Below the pieces are notes generated by a model. That model made no database searches. It saw only the letters and a program-made list of their open reading frames with translations, and had not been told where the DNA came from. A DNA stretch of 64,000 bases, taken from positions 124,001 to 188,000 of the forward strand of contig MU005983.1 of assembly GCA_010093745.1 (NCBI GenBank). The letters are read 5' to 3'. The stretch is from Piedraia hortae CBS 480.64. Its lineage: Eukaryota. The position numbers and the translations under genes were made by a program. This document shows, one piece after another, positions 1 to 11,650 of this stretch (within the stretch, counting starts at the first letter, position 1; every line of letters begins with the position of its first letter).

Positions 1-1422
1 CACGAATGACATGATGGACTGGTTGTGGCTTCAGTTCGTCTTGGCTCGCGAATATCAGCGCGTTGATGAGATGGCCAACGAAGCCTTTGGTCTGGAAGAG
101 ATTCGCACCGAGATCAAGCAGATTGGCGAGAAGTTCTTTGGTCCCGGCAGCGAGATCCCCAACGCACCAAACACCTTCTTTTTCATGCAGATCGTGGCCG
201 GTTTGTTTGAAAAGGCCGTGGCTGATTTGTATCCGCACAACTACGTATCGGCCACGCACTTTGCCATTGTCCTCGATTACTACGGTCTGCTGCGCGTTAA
301 CGGCGACGCCAATGCCGAGGATCTTCTGTCCCAGACTGTCCGTTCGCAGCCGCAGATAGCGTTTGGTCCCCTGGTCGGACGGTATACTGGCGACTTCCGC
401 ACAGCCGATGCAACGGCCGCTGTAGACTACATCTGCCTCATTTGCCTCAACGCAGACCTAGTAGGCGAAATCGGCCGGGGACAGCGCGATATGTGCTACC
501 AGGCTTTGCGAGAAGTCGTCTTGGAGACGCGTGAATACGCGCAGCTACTGGGTGATATCCGGTCCGACGGTCGTCGCATCGAAGGCGCCATTGAACAACG
601 CTTGAAACTCATCAAGCTCGAAAACGAGCGCGATTTCCTCAAGACTATTACCGTTGAAGCCGCGCGTGTGGCCCAGGAACAGAGCCGCACCACCGACGCT
701 GCTCTCCTATACCATCTCGCAGAGGACTACGACATGGTGATCCAGGTCATCAACGATGCAGTCTCAATAGCCCTCACCACCGAACTTGGCCACTCGCCCG
801 CCCGCATAGCGCCTCTCAAGCCACGCGTTACGCAGCATGAAGACACAGTTCCCGGGAGCAGTTTAAGCCTGACGGCTGTCGATGACCCCATTGTCCTTGC
901 CAAAAACATGAATTCACTGTATTCGACCAGCAGCATGTACATGGATAAGATCAGCCGCTTCACCATCGATGCCTCCAACGTTTTGCTTAACCTTGCCAGC
1001 GCGCGGGCTTCCTTTGAAGCGGGCGACTGGCCTGCCTGCATAGAGGTAAGTTGAAAATTCGCCCTTCGAACCGAGACCTTTGCTAACGTGGTAAACAGTT
1101 CATAACATCCTCCCATCTCCTCCCAACCGACGCCAACGGCAACATGACCGTGATCCGCTCACGCGCGCAAACCTTCAGCCAAGTACCCTCTGTTATTAGT
1201 CGCGTCATTGGCCCCGTCATCCTCTGGGCCGTGAAAAGCTGTGTCAACCAAGCCGACCGCATGCGTAACGCTGAATTCGAAACGGGCGCCCAGCACGAGA
1301 TGATCTCTCAGTGCAAGAGAATCGCCGAAGACGTTTACCTTTGGGCTGGACTAATCAGGTTCAAACTGCCAGGCAGGATCTGGGATGCGCTCGCTGAGGC
1401 TGGCGAGGGCTTTGGGAATTGA
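1..1422 (+). CDS. NIC96: Nuclear pore protein Nic96/Nup93, 5'-partial; intron 1046-1098
   Basis: ORF 11..1054 has Nic96-type motifs (DWLWLQF, LxGxFEKAV, HFAIVLDYYGLL, LLGDIRSDG, LYHLAEDYD). The GTAAGT...GCTAAC...CAG intron joins in frame to ORF 1144..1422. Confidence 0.9.
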
Positions 1423-2225
1423 GAGATACAGGGCTACATGATAGGGCGAGAGTGTAATGTGATGGAGGGAGTTTTTTTTTCTTCTCTTTATCTTTCGTTG
1501 CGCCTTGAAGTGCTGTGGTGGTCATGATTGATGGGTTACTGTCAAGTTGCAGAATAGATGAGATTTGTAATACTATGGGAATTTTCGAGAGTGGTTGTGG
1601 CCTACTTGGAATTGTCAATCGTATGGCCAAGGTAAAAGGTGCCTCCCTAGTCTGGTAGGATGTGGGTACTTTTCGACAAGACTGCCAAATGTCGCATACC
1701 GCTTTCGGCAAACGCTAGACTCAAACAGTGCTGCTCCGGGAAGTTTCCCTGCGTGTCAAATTTTGCTTCGCAGTCACGTGCCTGCCATACCACTAAATCG
1801 TGGCTGGAGATCGAACAATTAGGCAAATCACGGATGAGAATACATTACACTCTAAACGAAGGGAAGGGATGGAGGCGCAAAACCCAATCATGTTAACCTT
1901 CCTCGAGTGAGACTGACGAGAGGTGATTGAGATAGGTTTTCCGTGCATCTGAGTTTCGTATATATTAGCGTGGCATCGCTAAGGAGGAAAAACTTTCTTA
2001 ACCCAAGGAGACCGGTGCCATCCACACAGCGTAATTGGCTAGTACACCCAGGAGTTGGAGGTTTTTGACTCATGTCATGGTCCCATTTGGGCCTGAGAGT
2101 TTATTCCAGTTCGTGTCAAGCGTATGACTCAAAGGGACACACTGCACGGAATACACGCACTTTTTGATCTCAACTTTCTCCCAACTTATCTCAAACTCCC
2201 GCGCCCGTACACCCATACATCCAAG

Positions 2226-3106
2226 ATGTTCAAGATTTTGATATACACACTATTTACAGCCATTGCCGTCGCCGTGCCGCTCAGGCTGGCACCCGAAGTC
2301 GTAGGACGAGTGCGTCCAATTCATAATTCTCCAGTTAACCATGCTTCTAGGCTCCCCTCACATTGAATATCTCTGCGGCCGATCCCTCTGCCGGCCACCT
2401 CAAGCGCCGCCATGCTAATGACCTCTTGGCACAGTGCATGCATGACAGGTCCCTCAAGCTGAGGAGAATCGAGCATTCGCAAGACTTTGACGATTTTGTA
2501 GAAAGGGCCGTGGAATCACACATTGCGCCTTTAATGGCCATGACAAAGAAATTCGATAAAACTCGCGAGCGCACTGATTATCTCCAGGAATTGACCCAAT
2601 GGATATCGAAGGCCGAAGAGGTCTTCGCCGACATCGTTGCAAGAACCAAAGATGGCATCGTCGCCATCAGTGAGATGCAGTACGCAGGTGAGAAGCTCGT
2701 CGCCCAGAACATCGAGCGGATCTGGGGGAACAAGCCCCAGGACTACTGCCAGAAGCTCCTGGATCTGTATCTCACCGTTCCCAAGCTGGAGCCAATCTAC
2801 CGTGAGCTGATAAATAGACTCACCCCATTGCCCAGCAGAGCATCACAGCAACTCACTTTTTACCTTGACGACATTGCTGTAGCGCACAAGATGCCAGAGA
2901 ATTTAAAGGGCATCAACAAGCGCCTGAGTAAGGATTTCCGTGCGGACATCATGAGGCCTCGCAAGAGTGCCAGAACGATCCTGAAGCATGTGGACAAGAC
3001 GATCAAAATGATCGCCGCGACCACCGATAGGGCCACATACGCAGATGCGGTGGCTGGGAAAAGGAATCTGAAGGACCTTAAAAAAGACCCATTCAAGTCG
3101 CCGTAG
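2226..3106 (+). CDS. Orphan putative secreted protein (~279 aa); intron 2310-2350
   Basis: Signal-peptide-like start MFKILIYTLFTAIAVAVP. A 41-nt GT..TTAAC..TAG intron joins in frame to ORF 2363..3106. Confidence 0.7.
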
Positions 3107-3375
3107 GTAGGTTATGCTAATTTTTGGTGTTCACACCTCTCCGGCTTTTCGACTTTCAACACCCGAAAATTGAAACATGATCCGTAAGTCCATGATACGT
3201 AACAGATACCTCGCCATGTATGTGCCTATACCCAACTGTGCGTGCATCCGTCAAATCAACAGACTAGGAACAGCAGCATGTGAAGCGCCTTTCATCTACG
3301 CAACCTGGCTGTTAGCCGGATATTATGCTTCTAGTCCGCAGCGTACTCAACGCTACCACGAGTAATACCTACCAC

Positions 3376-3812
3376 TCACAAAGTCCCCATCCTGAAAACG
3401 CCTCCGCCCATTCCAACCCCCAACGCCCCATCTCTCCACGCTAATGCTCCCCCTCCCCCATCTTCAAAATCCGAACCATCTCCTCATCGGCATACGCCTT
3501 CTTCAGCGCCTCCAGATTCTCAAACGCCTTCGCAGCCGCCGCCTTCGCAGTTTCTAATCTCATTCCATTCTCGGCGTCTCCAACGCGCAGCTCCGCGATG
3601 GAGTTGATGATTGTTGGGATTGTTGGGCGGAGGAAGTTGATCTGTTGATGTTAGAGGGTGGGGAGGGATGAGAGTGACGCGCGCAATACGTTGTTTTGGA
3701 GATATTCTAGGCGTGAGAGGGCGTCGGTGAGTTCGGCTACGCGGTCGGAGCCGTTGGCGGATTTGGGGACTGCGGTTGAATTTGGATCGGGGTCGACGAC
3801 GCTGGGTGGCAT
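3376..3812 (-). CDS. Small protein, possibly fungal Mediator Med27/Med3-like subunit; intron 3642-3689
   Basis: Spliced product MPPSVVD...ELTDALSRLEYLQNN|INFLRPTIPTIINSI...GTL*. Resemblance to the fungal Med27-like 'LR.TIP.L' segment is from memory only. Confidence 0.55.
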
Positions 3813-4252
3813 TTTTTTGTGGGTGCAGAGGTGATTGGTTGTTGTTGTTGCGCAGAGATTGCGAAGTGGCAAGAAAGTTGCGGGATTTTTTGGTTCTTTC
3901 ACGTGGTGATGCGCAGGGCGTGTGAACGTTGGAGTTGGCATGGCGGGGCGAACACCCCGCACTCCAACGACAGTGACATGGTATCTAGAGACGTGTATGC
4001 CCAAAAAGGTGGATTAATCTTCTCGTCTGATATGGATAGTCTGCATCGGACGATCAAGCGATTCTGTGCTAGAAACAATGTATCCGGCGACGAGAACTTG
4101 ATTATTTGACAGTTGTACGCTTACAGTGCCCTCCATTTCATAGACCGAATGCAGTTGAATTGTGGCCTGGTACAATTTTCAGACGCAAGACGGGGGTATC
4201 GCTGCGGAAGAGACGTTGCTCCGCTACTCAAAAAAAGCCCGCTGTCCCCATA

Positions 4253-5335
4253 TCATGGCCTGTAGTTCTGGCTTTGTCTTGGCCCTGCAAAAGGCCCTCC
4301 CCGGCCTCCACCACGCGCAAAGTGTCCGCCCCTGAACCGATCTCCCCTGTTCCGGCCACTACTGCTGCTGCCCCCACGATAGTTGTCATACCGCTCTCGG
4401 TCGCGAGGGCCATCGCGACCGTACCCGCGATCGCCAGTGCGGTCGACTTGGTAGCCGTAATCAGCTGGACGGTCGTTATCCTGCTTGTAGTCACGTTGGT
4501 CGTCGCGATCGTATCCAGAACCCTGATCATATCTCGGACGGTCGTCTCGGGGTCTGTTGTCGAAATCGCGGACTGGAGGGCGATCATCAAGGTCCATGTC
4601 ATCATTATATACCTTTGGCTCCTGGCGCGCGGGAGGCTGCGACCCATTCAAAAGTCGAACATGAAGGGTACGACCGTCGGCCTAAAAAGGTCAGCCAAGT
4701 GCCAGATCCCAGGGAGCCCACCCACCTTCTTGTTGTTGAATGTGGCCACCACCTCGTTTGCTCCATCTTCACTTTCAAAGCCCATTTCTGCTACCACTGT
4801 AGGCGATGCAGAGACCACGCGGCAGAATTTCATCCGTCCCCCGACGCCCTGCATAACACTCTCGATGTCCGAAGCCGTAGTGCCTGGAGCGAAGTTAGAA
4901 GCCTGCACGATCCACGGCTCGTTGCGCGAGGCGCCGCGAATGTTCATGCCGGACTTGCTGTTAGATCCAAAATTTGAGTCGGCACGGCCTAGACCTGGGC
5001 TGCGTGGATAGCGCTGGCTATTATTCCGCTTACAGTTGTTAGATCTTACACTATCGCGCTGGGGACGACGGCGTACCTTCGCAATGCCAGCCCTACTAGA
5101 GAGGGGCATACCCGGATTGGATGAATATGACCCGCGGCGATCTTTGCCCAACAGTTCTTGGGCCAGTTTCTGTGGGTTTTTCCCAAGCATGTCTTGCGCC
5201 AACTTGAGTTTGCGCTCGCGGCGTTCTGTGAGGCTGTTAATCACTGGACGCTCGCGTAGACGCCGTCGGCTTACCGGCCTCGAGTGCAGCATTGAGCGAA
5301 GCTTCCGCCTCAGCTTTGTTCTTGAAACCTGACAT
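4253..5335 (-). CDS. RRM-like RNA-binding protein with RD/RGG-rich C-terminus (about 3 introns)
   Basis: Starts MSGFKNKAEAEASLNAALEA. RRM-like segment WIVQASNFAPGTTASDIE...AEMGFES...FNNKK|ADGRTLHV, followed by an RGG tail in ORF 4253..4651. Confidence 0.75.
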
Positions 5336-5857
5336 GGCGCGAGGTAGCAATGCAAACGAAAAAGTTGTAGTTGCTTTGGAAACGTTACGTTGTAAGTGAA
5401 TGCGGCTCGGCTCGGACCATTCCGAATTGCGGAGCCGCATGCACGTGTCCTGATCAAACTTTTGACAAGCCGGGGTGTTTGACGTTTTATCACACATCCA
5501 TCTTCCCACATGTGTACAAAGACGGACCCTTGTCAGGTAGTTAGGGCAGTCTAATTGTTTGTACTGACAAGCAGTAGAAACCCGGATTTCTCAATTTAAC
5601 GTCAATTAACATGATTGAATCTCCAGTAATCTCTTACAGCAGTCACCGCCCAGACGTGGCTGCCTTTCCTCAGCATTGTCTCCATAAGGGCTTCCAGATT
5701 CGTCATTTGTTTCCTCGATTTCCATATAATCCCTCTCGTCTTCGTCTTTCTTCTCATTCCTCCATCAGCCTCTGCCAGATTCTTCGTTCCCTATCTCAAT
5801 CATCCATCTTCACCTACTACCTGTATCAACTTTGCAACACTCATCACACTTGACAGC

Positions 5858-6561
5858 ATGATGCCCGCCTGGCTCCAGATGATCCAACTTCGCCTCAGCT
5901 CTCTCTTCTCCAAGCCAAAGTTCGCATCCTCCAGCATCGATTCTTATAACGACTAATATTTTACAGGCTTGATGCGACGAAGCCCGACAATGCCTCGTCA
6001 TCTTCTTCTTCCTCGGACGAAGCCAAAAAATCAACCTCTGCCAAGAAGTCGTCAATTAAAAAGCACTTGTTGCCTGCCCACAGTGGCAACACGGCAACCC
6101 AAGGGCAGAGTGCTGGCCAAAAGCTCAACCTCGGAGGGGACGGCACTTCAATGCAGCCATCAGTAACCAAGCGCGATGTCATGGGAAGTGATTGTGGGAG
6201 CAGCAGCTCTGCGTCGTCGACCGTAGCGAGCCAGCATGGATCACTTGATGCGTCATCGCTGTCGACCTCGAAGCGCCCATCGGCTGACAACACTTACCTG
6301 ACCCAACCAATGATGAAGCAAGAAGACGACGGCGAAGAACAAATACCGTCCACCCGCCCATTGGGGCACAGCCAGAAATGGGATGCCCAAGACTCTGGAA
6401 ATTCTGGCCTTGACAGGACTGGTTCCGGCTACCAACAGGACTCGTCAACTTTGGGCAACAGAGAAGATGAATATGTCGCTGCCGATCCGACACGCTCCAC
6501 TTTGAGTAAAGTTGCTACAGACAAGGTGGGCGATGGGGATCCAGCAAGATGTTTATGGTAG
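5858..6561 (+). CDS. Hypothetical Ser-rich low-complexity protein; intron 5920-5966
   Basis: ATG at 5858. The GTTCGC...ACTAAT...CAG intron joins in frame to ORF 6067..6561. Confidence 0.55.
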
Positions 6562-7255
6562 TGGAAGTGGATTGTGATGATTGGATGGGTTCAAAGAGTA
6601 ATGATGATGTGACCTAGTATGATGAGTGTAAATTATTCACGTCCTACTGAGTCAGCACAAGTCTGGAGTGTCAATTTCGGTACAGATCAACTGCCGTGTT
6701 AGCTGTGCAATCGAATGTTTAGAAATGAGTTTGTAGTTTTGCTCAATCTTGAGACTCCTTTGTGTTCCACCGGCGGGGGTTTGGGCTGCGTCATTACGGC
6801 TTGTGAAAACCTGGGGATATCTATCTGTGGCTGCTGCAAGGGACCGCCGTTGGCAGTTAGACTTTGCGACTGGCTGTTTTTTAATTCACTGCCACGAGAG
6901 AGCGTTTAACCTGCTTGTGCAGTCATGAAAGCGAAATGCTGTACTATACAAGACCAGCCCTCAGCTGATCCCTTTTCCGTGAGGTCTCATGAAGCCCGTT
7001 CGGTGCTTGGAAGCGCACAGGTCCAGTAAGTGCCCGAGCATAGTAGATTGCCGTTCAAAACTCGCCACGGGGATGTAGAAGAGCGGAGATGTTTCGACGA
7101 GCTAGTACACGGACAACAGGGGGTTCCAGCAACGAATATATCTGCAGAAATGCTGCCCCCTTTCCCCCCTCTCTGCGCTCAACTCGTTCACCCTTTTGTT
7201 CTCTAAGCAACAGACGCACCAGCTTTCTCGATCCAAGACGAAAGGCAAGACCAGA

Positions 7256-7747
7256 ATGCTGGACCAGACAGCAATGCAAAAAGCAGCCACGCTTGATCTG
7301 ATCACGGCGCTGGTTTACCGGCAAGACAAGCGTGTCGGCGATCTGTGCCACCTGTCCCCCTTTCCGACCTACAACGCATACATCCGTGCCGATGGCCGCA
7401 TGTCCTCTCTCGACGATTGCGCCGAGTCGCCCACGGTTCGCATGAGGCAGGTCCTCAATGCCGGCGCCAAGAACGGTGCCTGGTCCACCTTCTCCCAGAC
7501 GACACTCTCCAACCTTCTCGAGTCGAGGCTCCGCGCCTTCGGCACCTCGAATTTGTGTTCGGAACGAATCTTGGGTTTCGCACAGAGGGAGGATCTCTGC
7601 GTCGTGAGGTTCCAGGAAGTCAACACCACGGGCCAGTTGGATAAGATTTCCCTCTTGAGGGTGCATTTTATCAATGGAAAGGTTGGATACGTGGATGAGT
7701 TTATTGATGAGAGAAGTACGGGGTTTGAGAGGGCTGTTGGGAGGTGA
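7256..7747 (+). CDS. Hypothetical protein, possible SnoaL/NTF2-like fold
   Basis: Single ORF (183 aa from a TTG start, ATG at 7256). The C-terminal RVHFINGKVGYVDEFID resembles terminal strands of SnoaL-like proteins. Confidence 0.5.
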   Translation: MLDQTAMQKAATLDLITALVYRQDKRVGDLCHLSPFPTYNAYIRADGRMSSLDDCAESPTVRMRQVLNAGAKNGAWSTFSQTTLSNLLESRLRAFGTSNLCSERILGFAQREDLCVVRFQEVNTTGQLDKISLLRVHFINGKVGYVDEFIDERSTGFERAVGR

Positions 7748-7940
7748 ATGCATCACTCATGGTGAAGAGTACAGTTCCTCTTGATGACGACCACAGATGA
7801 TGTTAGCTCTTGTACGATCGGATTCAACTTCTCGTGTATATGATTTGGAGTGTTCAGCGTTGATGATAAAATGATCATGTAGTTGTGCAAACGCTCCATG
7901 TCAAAAGAAAATGCAAGTATACAGTGTAAATGCCATAAAG

Positions 7941-10058
7941 TCATGCTCGTCCTCTACCCTTTAGTCGTGCTTTCCAGCTGCCATCCTTGGCATGTAATCT
8001 TCCCACGCCATTCTGAACATCCTGCCGCCTGCTTTCCCTCCGTCTTTCGATATCTTTCTGGCTGACGCCGCCAAACCCGCCTTTTCTCCTCCCGCCAAAA
8101 CTCACTTCCATTAGCGTGTTGATGTCCAACATGGTCCGCGGGATCGTCTGCACGACTTGGAAGATCTCCACGGAATCGTGCACGGCCAAAATCTGCTTTT
8201 GGCCGGCCCGAAATATTGCGAGGGCGACGCGGAAGAGCGTCTTGCTTCCTTCAAAAAAGAGGCAATCCCACACGCGAAGCACGGCTTCGATGGGTAATGT
8301 GCCCACAAACAGCGACATGAACCATGCCGTCGTAGCAAGGCTGACGGTGGGCAGGCGCAACGCTTGCGCCGTTGGATCGCCGGCCAATCCGCTGCTTTTG
8401 TCGTCTAGCTTGTTCCAAATGGGAGTCATCGTCTCTTGGATGAGGCTCATGAGGACAGCAATGTCGATATTTGCCCCTTCAAGGGCAATCCCATGTGTCC
8501 CGGGAAGATATTCGGAAGTAACGATCTCAAGGAGAGTGAAGGCCTTTTTCTCATCCTCGTCAAGAAATAGAAGCAATAGCCCGGCGATGAAGTTAAGAGA
8601 TTGACAGTACCCGATTTCGGGGTTATGCACAGCAAATGCTTGCAGTACCCTGCGCAACGATTGCACTATTGACGTCTCAGATGACTGAGACGACTTGCCA
8701 CCGCCTCCACGAGGCTTTGTATCAGGCATGGCAGCCATGTCTGGTTTGAAGCGTATGTTATCGGGAAAGGTCCTATTAAGATCTCGCTCAATATGCTCTC
8801 GGTCGTTGTCGGACAGCTTGCCATTTTGTATGTCTTGTAACAGTCTCTGGTACAGGTTTGGATTCCTGGCAAGGCGACTGTGGCCGCCTCCGTACCAGAA
8901 CCACGCTGCTCCGCGAAAGTCGGGTGGAATACCCTTCCGCACGTAACGCGTAATCTTATCACTCTTGGGCGGAAAGCGGTACGGTTTCTCCGTGTTCAAG
9001 CCATATGCCTTCATAAGAGCATGCCATTTCTTGGTTCGCCGCAGAATGTGTTCGCTGTAGACACGATCCCAAGCGTCGTACTCTGCGCTTGAAATGTACT
9101 GGGACGTCTTCTTGAAGCCGTACCGATCGCGAGGCACCTGTTCAACTTGCACTGTAGGTTCAGGCTTCAGCTCTTCTGTTGTCAACTCTTTGCTTGGGGA
9201 ATATGTTCGTGCTGGCGAAGACACCCAGCGCTTGAGCAGAGAGGCGCTTTGGCTCCTCCGGTGGTGTCCAACCACACGCAATGAACTAGCCTCGTATGGC
9301 TGGGTAGATGCGGGTCTCGTGAACTGAAGCGAGGCTCTTGTTGTGGCATCAAAGACCATGTTTGTCCGTTCGAAATTGAAGGACCTCCTGCCAGCCGTAT
9401 CCATGCTTTGTTTGGCGCTGTCGAATCCCGCTTCATACAGGCCAATGAAATCCTCGTTTGTGTCGCTGCCATCGACCACATCCTCAAGTAATGAGGTTGG
9501 ATAAACCTTCACCGCATCGTTGTTGGGGCTCGTACTATCGATGTTGGCGTCGCTGCTCTCGGGCTCAATTGTCACTTCGGAGAGGTAGGAGCGGCGGTCA
9601 GAGCAGAGAGCATTGCTAAGAGAGTCCTGGGTGATACTACTGACGGGTGAGATGACCTTGTCCTGGTAGCTCAGTTGGCTGGTAGGCGTGTCACTGGCCG
9701 CGGACATGCGAGAGCTCGGCCAGTCAAACATGGCCACGCTGCCTTCATACTCTGATGCTAGGCGGCCCAGCGGTAGCTCTGACGGCCGCCGCTGGCTCCG
9801 AGCTGCAAAGGCGTGCTCGGAGCTGGCCGTCAGGGCATTGATCTGCGGCAAGGGCTCGGCCATTGGCGGCCGGAAGCCACGCACCGACTGGTGGGGCGAG
9901 GTGAAGATGGGCTGCGGAGCATATTCGGGCGCAATGCGCTGCGTCGATGACTTCCGCAGCGGCCACGGACTCTCCTTCTGCGGCGTCTCAACGGCCTCCC
10001 TGATGGCCTCCTCCACCGACACTCGGCGGCCCTTAGTCTGCGCCGTGAAGAGGGCCAT
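7941..10058 (-). CDS. TBC-domain Rab GTPase-activating protein (Msb3/Gyp3-like)
   Basis: 705-aa ORF with RDRYGF, VRKGIPPDFRGAAW, IERDLNRTFP (Arg finger), IGYCQSLNFIAG (Gln finger) and LRVWDCLFFEG. Confidence 0.95.
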   Translation of the reverse strand: MALFTAQTKGRRVSVEEAIREAVETPQKESPWPLRKSSTQRIAPEYAPQPIFTSPHQSVRGFRPPMAEPLPQINALTASSEHAFAARSQRRPSELPLGRLASEYEGSVAMFDWPSSRMSAASDTPTSQLSYQDKVISPVSSITQDSLSNALCSDRRSYLSEVTIEPESSDANIDSTSPNNDAVKVYPTSLLEDVVDGSDTNEDFIGLYEAGFDSAKQSMDTAGRRSFNFERTNMVFDATTRASLQFTRPASTQPYEASSLRVVGHHRRSQSASLLKRWVSSPARTYSPSKELTTEELKPEPTVQVEQVPRDRYGFKKTSQYISSAEYDAWDRVYSEHILRRTKKWHALMKAYGLNTEKPYRFPPKSDKITRYVRKGIPPDFRGAAWFWYGGGHSRLARNPNLYQRLLQDIQNGKLSDNDREHIERDLNRTFPDNIRFKPDMAAMPDTKPRGGGGKSSQSSETSIVQSLRRVLQAFAVHNPEIGYCQSLNFIAGLLLLFLDEDEKKAFTLLEIVTSEYLPGTHGIALEGANIDIAVLMSLIQETMTPIWNKLDDKSSGLAGDPTAQALRLPTVSLATTAWFMSLFVGTLPIEAVLRVWDCLFFEGSKTLFRVALAIFRAGQKQILAVHDSVEIFQVVQTIPRTMLDINTLMEVSFGGRRKGGFGGVSQKDIERRRESRRQDVQNGVGRLHAKDGSWKARLKGRGRA

Positions 10059-10416
10059 TTTCTATCTGCCTATAAACGCTAGACAGGACCCTCTTGCAGC
10101 TTCGCATTTTCGCAGGCGACCGCGTCGGCGTCACTGTGCTGTCGCAGTTGGCGGTTGCTGCCGTTAGCCTTGGCGTGTGACGCCCCGCCCCTGCCAAGGA
10201 TGCGTGACGTCGGAATGTCAACCACACAGCCCGTGACTCGCGTGACAAGCTGTTCCCACTCGATGTGCATCATCCAGTAGAGATGCCCGCAAGGGCCTAT
10301 ATAGGAAGCCGTAGCATCGGGGATATGAACTTTTTATTATTATCGTGCTATTAACGATTAGCTCCACACCATGCGCCACCGCTATGCATTGCAAAACCCT
10401 GCTGACTAGATCCCGG

Positions 10417-10922
10417 CTACTTAGCGTATCTGCTAACCCAATCCTTGGCCGTCTTGTCAAACATCTTACGGTCATTTCTGTACATCTCTGCAATTGATGC
10501 TTCCACGGCATCGTCGGGCTGGGGCGACGACATCACGGTGCGGATCATCTTTAGCACTTCGCCGACCTTGTTCGGAGGCTTCCACTCGTCGGAACGGAGC
10601 ATTCCTAGGCACATGGAGCCGTACTGGTCATTTGTCACGTTTGGGTGGTAGATCTTCGTCTTGAATGAAACAACCGGCGGCTTGAACGGGTAGGTGTCCG
10701 GCAGCTTAATCTCCAGCTTGAAACGGCCACCGCTATACACTGACCCGGGAGGACCGTCCATAACGACGTTCCAGACATTGATATCTGCCTCGTCCGGTAC
10801 AGAGACCTTGCACCCGGTGGGCGGATTCATCGTGAGGTCGCTGAGCTCCTGAGTCCTACTCAGTCACTGGCCGCTTCCATTGCTTCACTGATTCTCACCT
10901 TCAAAATGCGTTTGTTTGCCAT
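10417..10922 (-). CDS. Ubiquitin-conjugating enzyme E2 (Ubc4/5-like); intron 10849-10898
   Basis: MANKRILK|ELSDL start, YPFKPP, KIYHPNV and catalytic Cys in GSMCL. Confidence 0.95.
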
Positions 10923-11556
10923 GGTTACAGATGGTGGCTGCCCGTCCAGAACAACGCGTCTCCGGTGGATCAGGCGCCATTCCGTATTCGGACTTTGCTC
11001 CCCGCACCCCGCCTCCGAGTTTGGAAGCAGTGGGTCGACATGACTGTAAATAGATTCCAACACAGCACACGTTTCTAGGTCTACCTAGTAGGTATGTGGG
11101 GATTATCCCATCGATTAAGAGCCGTTTGAAGAACATGCGCATGTTGAAACAGCGCAAGGTCGCCTCAATGACATGCTACGAACCAATGCTACTGCTACTA
11201 CTTCCGCTGTATGTAGATGTAATGAAGGGGCTCAAACTTAGATGCGGATGATTACAGTTCGCGAATGCACCGGTTGCTTGGATAGTCAGCTTGTGAGAAC
11301 CTTGAAGAAGCAAATTGAAAAGTCGCCGCGAGGAAGACAGCTCAACCCGGGCACCTTGTAGAGATTTGGGCTCCCGTGGATGATGGTGCGCAGCGACCCG
11401 AAGAGGACGGAGCGATAGACGGAATCAGGGACAGGACAGATGTAGATGTATATGCGTCAATACCAGTGTCGATATGACAGTGTGAATAACTATCTATCTC
11501 TATGAGGGGACGTCAGAATGGAAATTCTGTACCGGTGGGCCGGTGACGTCACGTCG

Positions 11557-11650
11557 TACACTAGCTGGGCGCATTCACCATGTCACATATAACATGACCC
11601 TGAGGGAAAACCTCTGTGAGGGAAAACCCTAGGGTGCAGCTGGTAGTGTA
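11557..11650 (+). repeat. Structured non-coding motif, copy 1
   Basis: GGGCGCATTCACCATGTC...ACATGACCCTGAGGGAAAACCTCTGTGAGGGAAAACCCTAGGGTGCAGCTG, clearly homologous to 15666-15753. Confidence 0.85.

Noticed and set aside
11557..11650. Hammerhead ribozyme or tRNA identity for the motif
   Set aside because: CTGTGA lacks the CUGAnGA core and there is no GAAA after stem II. No TTC loop or tRNA arm spacing.
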